Virus record (IMG/VR): IMGVR_UViG_3300043419_002586
Origin: a virus
Strand: one strand, 5' to 3'
DNA length: 64,000 bases
The translations under genes were made by a program, and so were the position numbers. Every line of letters starts with the position of its first letter. Position 1 is the stretch's first letter. The notes under the pieces are model-generated. The model made no database searches. It was not told the origin of the DNA and worked only from the letters and a program-made list of their open reading frames with translations. Below are positions 58,517-64,000 of this stretch, one piece after another.

Positions 58517-59696
58517 GTGATTGCTGCTTATGTAAAATAAGCCTTCTAAGGATTTTCACCTAGAGAATATAACCCTATTCTCAATATGTTTTTAGCTGCA
58601 TTTAAATCTCTATCTATTATCAATCCACAATTGGGACAATTGTGGATTCTGTCTGATAGTTTTTTCTTAACTCTATATGAACAATTAGAGCAATCTTGAC
58701 TTGTATATGCAGGATTTATTAATTTAATTACCCTACCAGCATCTTCCGCTTTGTAGATTAAATTATTTATAAAAAGATTCCAAGAAGCGTCATTTATACT
58801 TTTGGATAAATACTTCATATCTTCTTTCATTGCATTGATATTCAAATCTTCAACAAATATTTTTGAATATTTGTTTACAATTTTTCTTGAAAGTTTATGA
58901 CAAAAATCTTTTCTTTTGTTTTTAATTTTATTGTGTCGTTTACGTATAACTTTGTTTAATTTTTTGTTTTTAGTTTTATCTCTTCTTGATTGAAGTTTTG
59001 CAATTTTCTTTTCTTCTTCCTTGAAAAATTTTGGATTATGAATAATTGTTTCATCAGAAAAAATGGCAAAATTTGATAATCCTACATCTATTCCTATTGC
59101 TTCATCTGTTTCTGGAACTGTTTCGTTATACTCAGTTTCATAAACAAAAATTACATACCATTTATCGGCTTCTTTTTTGACTGTGCAGGTCTTGATGTTG
59201 CCTTCTATGTGTTTATGAATAACTGATTTGATTTTTCCAAATTTTGAGAGCAGTATATTCTTTTCTTCAATTTTCCATCCTCTTTGTGGATAAGTGAAAG
59301 AATCGTATCTATCTTTGCTTTTAAATCTAGGATACCCAGGTTTTTCTCCATTTTTCAATCTTCTGAAAAAAGCTTTATAGGCTAGATCAATTCTTACTGC
59401 AACATTTTGAATTACCTGGGCATAAATGTCATATTCTGTTTTATCAAGAAAATCTTTATTTATTTTTTGTTGTTCAAAGCAAGTGTGATGTTTTTTGTAA
59501 TTTTCCCAACTATCTTTTCTTTGAGATAAAAGATGATTATAATAAAGCCTACAGCCCTCTAAAGTATTATTTAATAAATGAATTTGACTTTTAGAAGGAT
59601 AAATTCTATATTTTATAGACCTTGTTGTAAGCATATTTTATTATTCTGCTTACAAAAGGTTTTCACCTTTTTTAAATGTAAAAATTATTTTATGTG
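58517..59696 (-). mobile_element. Solo tnpB cassette (IS200/IS605-derived, no tnpA)
   Basis: Right-end hairpin GCTTAT-tttac-ATAAGC ending in TCAC at 58517; flanked by an 8-bp TATGTGGT repeat (58511-58518, 59691-59698). Left boundary is inferred. Confidence 0.6.
58546..59634 (-). CDS. tnpB: TnpB RNA-guided endonuclease
   Basis: 'KYRIYP', 'GYPRFK', RuvC motifs 'GIDVG', 'VEDL', 'DRDLNAA', zinc finger 'CSNC...CPNC'. Confidence 0.95.
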   Translation of the reverse strand: MLTTRSIKYRIYPSKSQIHLLNNTLEGCRLYYNHLLSQRKDSWENYKKHHTCFEQQKINKDFLDKTEYDIYAQVIQNVAVRIDLAYKAFFRRLKNGEKPGYPRFKSKDRYDSFTYPQRGWKIEEKNILLSKFGKIKSVIHKHIEGNIKTCTVKKEADKWYVIFVYETEYNETVPETDEAIGIDVGLSNFAIFSDETIIHNPKFFKEEEKKIAKLQSRRDKTKNKKLNKVIRKRHNKIKNKRKDFCHKLSRKIVNKYSKIFVEDLNINAMKEDMKYLSKSINDASWNLFINNLIYKAEDAGRVIKLINPAYTSQDCSNCSYRVKKKLSDRIHNCPNCGLIIDRDLNAAKNILRIGLYSLGENP

Positions 59697-61260
59697 GTAT
59701 CGAACTGCTCTAACTACAATAGATCCAACAGGTCAAATTAATTTTCCTGATATGGGCGGACATAAATTTAACTTAGATGATTTAAAATTTAATGTTAAGG
59801 ACAAGAATTATGCAAGCACAAGAGGTGTCACAATCTTTGCTTATATTCCAGCTAGAAAAAACCCAATTGGAGAACTTACATTTACATTTGATAGAAATAC
59901 AAATGCTATTGATATTGAGGGAGTTCTTGTTCAAAAAATAGGAAAAATACCCTTAGAAAAACTACAACAACAACACAATGATCAAGTGCAATTAAAAACA
60001 ACTGGTATTGGAATTGGAAAAAAACTTTATGAAAAATTTTTAGAAGTTGTTCAGAATGATGAAGAATTTTCTAAAGCAGATTATATAAGAGGTTTAGTTC
60101 ATTCACAACAAGCATATAGAGCGAAAAACAATGCATTTGGTAGACCTTTTGAGGCAACTAGTAAATTTGGTATTCCTGAAGAAAGACAAGAAATACAAGA
60201 TAAAATTTTTGATCTAAACGATGAATTAAACGAACCTTATATAACTTTTGAAAGAAAAAGACAAATTTTACAATTTATAAACGCACTTACATATGAAATG
60301 GAAAAATCTAAACCTGTTTCTCACGAAGAGTCTATGGGTATATTAGTACCCGCAAGCTGGTCTAGAGATGGAGCATATTCAGATCGTCTTTTTGATTTCC
60401 CAAGTGTTGAAACAAAACATAGAATTCCTCCTAAAAGTGAAGAACAACCAAAAAGAAAACTATATCAAGACCCAAGACAATTAAGTTTAGATGTTGTTGC
60501 TAATAAAAAAAATTATAAGATTGCTGTAACTAAAGTTGATCCTTCTGGGCAAATTAATATGGATTTTCCAGGTATTAGACCTAAGCCATTCAATATAAAC
60601 AAAGATGTTGATTTTAAAATTAAATACGATGAATATTGGCAATCATATACCATTACTGCCTACTTAAAAGATGGAAGAGATTTGGGACATATTACGATTG
60701 AAGCTCCCGAAGGTATGAATACAGCTAAGATTGAGTTTGTCACCCTAAACGAATATCCAATTAGTAAGGGGACAGAGGAATGGGAAAAACCTAGAAATCT
60801 TGAAGACAAATTAAGACCGGACGTAATGAATGAATTGAAACAAGCTGGATATGATGTAGATGAATCTTCTTACACTAGATTGAAATGGGGTATAGGAAGA
60901 AAACTGTATGAAGAAGCTAAAAAATTCCTACAAAAGAATAAACCAGATGTTGAATTTGTCGAAGGAACTGTTCATAGCAGAGATGCATACAATAGCAGAA
61001 ATTCAGTATTTGGATTACCCAACTCTGCTTATGATCCAGATGGGAGCACTTGGTATAGAATTCATCAAGATCATTCTCCGGAAGAAAGAGAAGATTTATC
61101 CAAAAAAATCTCATATGAATTATTTCCTTCTAGATTTCAAAACTCTGGAGAATCTGAAATTCCACCAAGTATGTTCAGCGTCAAGCATAAATTAGACAGA
61201 TTACCAGCCAAAAAGGATAAACAAGATCAATCTGGAGGACTTTTCGACGATGTGGTATAG
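59692..61260 (+). CDS. MWY-leader protein with two tandem GNAT-like domains
   Basis: Start taken at ATG 59692 (MWYRTA); two homologous halves, each with 'DP[TS]GQIN', 'GIG[KR]KLYE' and 'G.VHS..AY...N..FG'. Confidence 0.6.
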   Translation: MWYRTALTTIDPTGQINFPDMGGHKFNLDDLKFNVKDKNYASTRGVTIFAYIPARKNPIGELTFTFDRNTNAIDIEGVLVQKIGKIPLEKLQQQHNDQVQLKTTGIGIGKKLYEKFLEVVQNDEEFSKADYIRGLVHSQQAYRAKNNAFGRPFEATSKFGIPEERQEIQDKIFDLNDELNEPYITFERKRQILQFINALTYEMEKSKPVSHEESMGILVPASWSRDGAYSDRLFDFPSVETKHRIPPKSEEQPKRKLYQDPRQLSLDVVANKKNYKIAVTKVDPSGQINMDFPGIRPKPFNINKDVDFKIKYDEYWQSYTITAYLKDGRDLGHITIEAPEGMNTAKIEFVTLNEYPISKGTEEWEKPRNLEDKLRPDVMNELKQAGYDVDESSYTRLKWGIGRKLYEEAKKFLQKNKPDVEFVEGTVHSRDAYNSRNSVFGLPNSAYDPDGSTWYRIHQDHSPEEREDLSKKISYELFPSRFQNSGESEIPPSMFSVKHKLDRLPAKKDKQDQSGGLFDDVV

Positions 61261-61720
61261 ATTGGCCCAAGAAAATCTTGATATTCATCCAAAAGAACAA
61301 GAAGCTTTAAGTTTTTATGGTGAAACTAAAAATCCATCAAAAGCTGGTTATATTTTAAGCAGTGGAAAACTTTTAGATTTTTCAGAAGGTGGCGATGAAA
61401 GATCTTTAGATCATAGAAATATAGAAAATGTTATCGGAGCGCCTGAAAATTCATATGGTGATAGATATAGAGATTATGTTGTGCCTTTTATGAATTTAAC
61501 TGGAGCAATAAGAATGCATTTTGATGGAGTCTGGAATGTTGATATTTATGCCAGACCTACAAATGAACAAATAACAGCTATTGCAAAACATCACAGGAAT
61601 GGCAGAGATTTTGTTTATGAATGTGATCCTTTAGATGATTATGGTGTTATTGAAAATGCATCTAAATCAGCTGTTTTCAATAAGTTAAAAGAAATTCAAA
61701 AACTATTTGGGTCGAATTAA
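61250..61720 (+). CDS. MWY-leader hypothetical protein
   Basis: MWYRLAQ; 'AGYILSSGKLLDFS...DHR' motif. Confidence 0.55.
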   Translation: MWYRLAQENLDIHPKEQEALSFYGETKNPSKAGYILSSGKLLDFSEGGDERSLDHRNIENVIGAPENSYGDRYRDYVVPFMNLTGAIRMHFDGVWNVDIYARPTNEQITAIAKHHRNGRDFVYECDPLDDYGVIENASKSAVFNKLKEIQKLFGSN

Positions 61721-61721
61721 A

Positions 61722-62084
61722 ATGTGGTACAAATTTGCCCAAGAACAAAATGATATTCAAGAATTAATCAATTTCTTTTTGAATAAATATCCAGAAATTG
61801 TTTTAAGAATCAATGAATTTGAAAACAAAATCAAATTAGATAAAATATTTATTCCAAAAGAGATGAGAGGTATGGGTATAGGAACAGAAATCATCTCTGC
61901 TCTCAAGGAATATAGTCAAAGAGTGGGCAAACCAATTGTTCTTAATCCTGAACCTGAAAAAGGCAAAAAGGGAGCGCTTCAAAGATTCTATGAGCGAAAT
62001 GAATTTGTAGATAATGCTGGAAGAAGAAAAGATTACGATTTGACAGATACATTTTCCAGAACTATGTACTACAAACCGAAATAA
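61722..62084 (+). CDS. MWY-leader GNAT acetyltransferase
   Basis: MWYKFAQ; 'MRGMGIGTEII' acetyl-CoA motif A; 'LQRFYERNEF'. Confidence 0.75.
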   Translation: MWYKFAQEQNDIQELINFFLNKYPEIVLRINEFENKIKLDKIFIPKEMRGMGIGTEIISALKEYSQRVGKPIVLNPEPEKGKKGALQRFYERNEFVDNAGRRKDYDLTDTFSRTMYYKPK

Positions 62085-62114
62085 AAAAGAGGGGATTTCT
62101 CCCCTCTTTTTTAT
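62081..62114. terminator. Bidirectional terminator between convergent genes
   Basis: ATAAAAAAGAGGGGA-tttc-TCCCCTCTTTTTTAT. Confidence 0.85.
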
Positions 62115-64000
62115 TCAACTGCCACAAACAAGGCAGTCCGGATCATCAAGTCTGCATTGTGGAACATCATCAGCAAATTCTAAAGGTTTCATTTGCTCCA
62201 CTTCTTTAGGTTTTTCTACCTCTTGAATAGATGCACTTGAAAGATCAATTCCAAGTCCCTTTAATGCTTGTGCTTTTGGTTTGACACGCAAGTAATACAT
62301 ACCTGTCTTCAAACCCAATTTCCAACCATACATATGAGCAGAAGATAATTTGCTTGCAGTAGGTTCAGCCATAAACATATTCAATGATTGTGATTGATCA
62401 ATAAAGTATGAACGATCACGAGCCATTTCTAGAATAGTCTTACCCTTCATTTCCCAAACTGTCTTGTAAACTTCTTTGATATCAGTTGGAATTTCAGGAA
62501 TGTTTTGAACTGAACCATTCTCATTGAACAATTTCAACCTAACATTGTCACTCCAAATACCAAGGTTCACTAGATCTTCTACTAAGTGCTTGTTAATAAC
62601 AGCATATTCACCACTCAAAGTATTACGCTTATAGAGATTGGTAGTGAAAGGCTCAAAACACTCGTTATTTCCAAGAATTTGTGCAGTTGAAGCAGTAGGC
62701 ATTGGAGCAACGAGCAGTGAATTTCTCAAACCAAATTGCTTGATTTCTTCTTTGAGTGCTGAAAAATCCCACATACCGGAAAGATCATTCTCAGTAAGTC
62801 CCCAGAGGTCATATTGTAGTGAACCTTGAGATGCTGGAGATCCTTCAAAAGACGCATAAGAGCCATATTTCTTTGCCAAATCCTTAGATGCAGTAAGAGC
62901 AGCAAAGTAAATTGTTTCAAAGATATCCTTGTTCAACTTGCGAGCTTCTTCTGATTCAAACGGAAGACCCATCATTACAAAAGTATCAGCCAAACCCTGA
63001 ACACCTAAACCAATAGGGCGATGCTTATTATTTGAATTAGCTGTTTCAGGAGTTGGATAATAATTTACATCAATAACCTGATTCAAGTTAACTGTTGCCT
63101 GATAAACAACGTCGTACAAGAATTTAAAGTCAAACTTGCGTAATTTCTTGTCTTTGCTTCTTACATTTCCTGTGGGAACAACAACATACTTAGGTAAAGC
63201 AATAGAGGCAAGATTACAGACAGCAGTTTCGTTCTTGTCACATCGCTCAAGTATTTCTGTGCACAAATTTGAATTGTATATAGTTCCAAGATTCTTTTGA
63301 TTGCTCTTGTAATTACAGGAATCCTTGTAAAGCATATAAGGAGTACCAGTTTCAACTTGTGAATCAAGAACTTTCTCCCACAATTCACGAGCTTTGATGG
63401 TTTTTAATGCCTTGCCTTCAGATTCATATTTTTCATAAAGTTCAGTAAATGCTTTCTTATCTGGTGAATCATAAGCATCAATCAAACCTGGAACTTGGTC
63501 AGGCGAGAACAAAGACCAATTGCCATCAGATTCAACACGCTTCATAAACAAGTCTGGGATCCAAAGAGCAAGGAATAAGTCTCTGGCACGTAATTCTTCC
63601 TTGCCTTGATTCTTACGAAGATCAAGAAATTCAAAAATGTCTCCGTGCCAAGGCTCAAGATAAACAGCAATTGAACCCTTGCGCTTCCCACCACCCTGGT
63701 CAACAAATCTGGCAGTCTCATTGAAGACCTTGAGCATTGGAATAATTCCATTAGAACTTCCGTTAGTGCCCCTGATATAACTACCTTTAGAACGAATCTT
63801 GTGAATATTGAGACCAATTCCACCTGCATTTTGGGAAATTAAAGCACAATCTGAAAGTGTCTTGTAAATTCCTGGAATACTGTCATCATCAATATCAAGC
63901 AAGAAACAAGATGATAATTGAGGGCGATTAGTTGAAGCATTGAAAAGAGTTGGAGTAGCGTGAGTGAAAAGACCTTGAGAAAGCATATCGTAAGTCTTCT
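62115..64000 (-). CDS. nrdA: Class Ia ribonucleotide reductase alpha subunit; 5' end outside the window
   Basis: 'ATPTLFNA', 'QLSSCFL', 'SNLCTEI', 'PTAST', 'KTGMYY', C-terminal 'CLVC'; frame stays open to the window edge. Confidence 0.95.
   Translation of the reverse strand, partial: KTYDMLSQGLFTHATPTLFNASTNRPQLSSCFLLDIDDDSIPGIYKTLSDCALISQNAGGIGLNIHKIRSKGSYIRGTNGSSNGIIPMLKVFNETARFVDQGGGKRKGSIAVYLEPWHGDIFEFLDLRKNQGKEELRARDLFLALWIPDLFMKRVESDGNWSLFSPDQVPGLIDAYDSPDKKAFTELYEKYESEGKALKTIKARELWEKVLDSQVETGTPYMLYKDSCNYKSNQKNLGTIYNSNLCTEILERCDKNETAVCNLASIALPKYVVVPTGNVRSKDKKLRKFDFKFLYDVVYQATVNLNQVIDVNYYPTPETANSNNKHRPIGLGVQGLADTFVMMGLPFESEEARKLNKDIFETIYFAALTASKDLAKKYGSYASFEGSPASQGSLQYDLWGLTENDLSGMWDFSALKEEIKQFGLRNSLLVAPMPTASTAQILGNNECFEPFTTNLYKRNTLSGEYAVINKHLVEDLVNLGIWSDNVRLKLFNENGSVQNIPEIPTDIKEVYKTVWEMKGKTILEMARDRSYFIDQSQSLNMFMAEPTASKLSSAHMYGWKLGLKTGMYYLRVKPKAQALKGLGIDLSSASIQEVEKPKEVEQMKPLEFADDVPQCRLDDPDCLVCGS

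Noticed and set aside
58546-59634. TnpB as a nuclease-dead transcriptional repressor (TldR-like)
   Set aside because: All three RuvC acidic residues appear intact (GIDVG, VEDL, DRDLN).
59578-59691. N-terminal extension of the 59578..61260 ORF (likewise 61707..61721)
   Set aside because: It overlaps the tnpB start and promoter region; the MWY ATGs at 59692 and 61722 fit the family pattern better.
50074-61730. MWY starts as an annotation artefact of the extended -10 sequence TGTGGTATAAT
   Set aside because: The following bases vary (TACTCA, TATCGA, TATAGA, TACAAA, TATAAA), none gives TATAAT, and there is generally no alternative nearby start. Not fully excluded without ribosome profiling.
1857-63829. 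Numerous short antisense or nested ORFs in the six-frame track
   Set aside because: They lie within longer, motif-supported genes and show no recognisable motifs or translation signals.

Overview
This window is part of an AT-rich, large tailed-phage genome (jumbo-phage-like architecture, standard genetic code). 1-11.3 kb (+): putative tail/baseplate genes. 11.3-22.3 kb (-): an 11-gene nucleotide-sugar cluster (RfbH, 4,6-dehydratase, NeuB-like, ThDP enzyme, DHQ-synthase-like, kinase, methyltransferases, glycosyltransferase-like). 22.3-46.2 kb (-): head module with a free-standing LAGLIDADG endonuclease, the major capsid gene, decoration and scaffold proteins, a giant protease/core protein, a portal fused to a DUF559-like nuclease, many core proteins and an intein-split large terminase. 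46.3-64 kb: two sigma factors (one SigH-like), clamp and clamp loader, PurA, dUTPases, TnpB and NrdA, interspersed with (+)-strand genes starting Met-Trp-Tyr. Main observations: (1) a 288-nt group I intron in the capsid gene carries a recoded copy of the exon it interrupts, so spliced and unspliced RNA both encode a complete capsid protein; (2) a solo TnpB sits in codon 2 of an 'MWY' gene, supplies a replacement promoter and start, and its predicted guide is the displaced original start; (3) shared N-terminal leaders (MWY..[KR]xA and LDxxG..AD..KxA) on unrelated proteins, plus abundant [KR]-x-A sites, suggest a capsid-targeting and maturation-cleavage system; (4) SigH-type promoters (AGG-N17-TAGAA) precede head genes; (5) a DUF192 domain lies behind an in-frame TGA. 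All calls come from reading motifs by eye; no searches were run.
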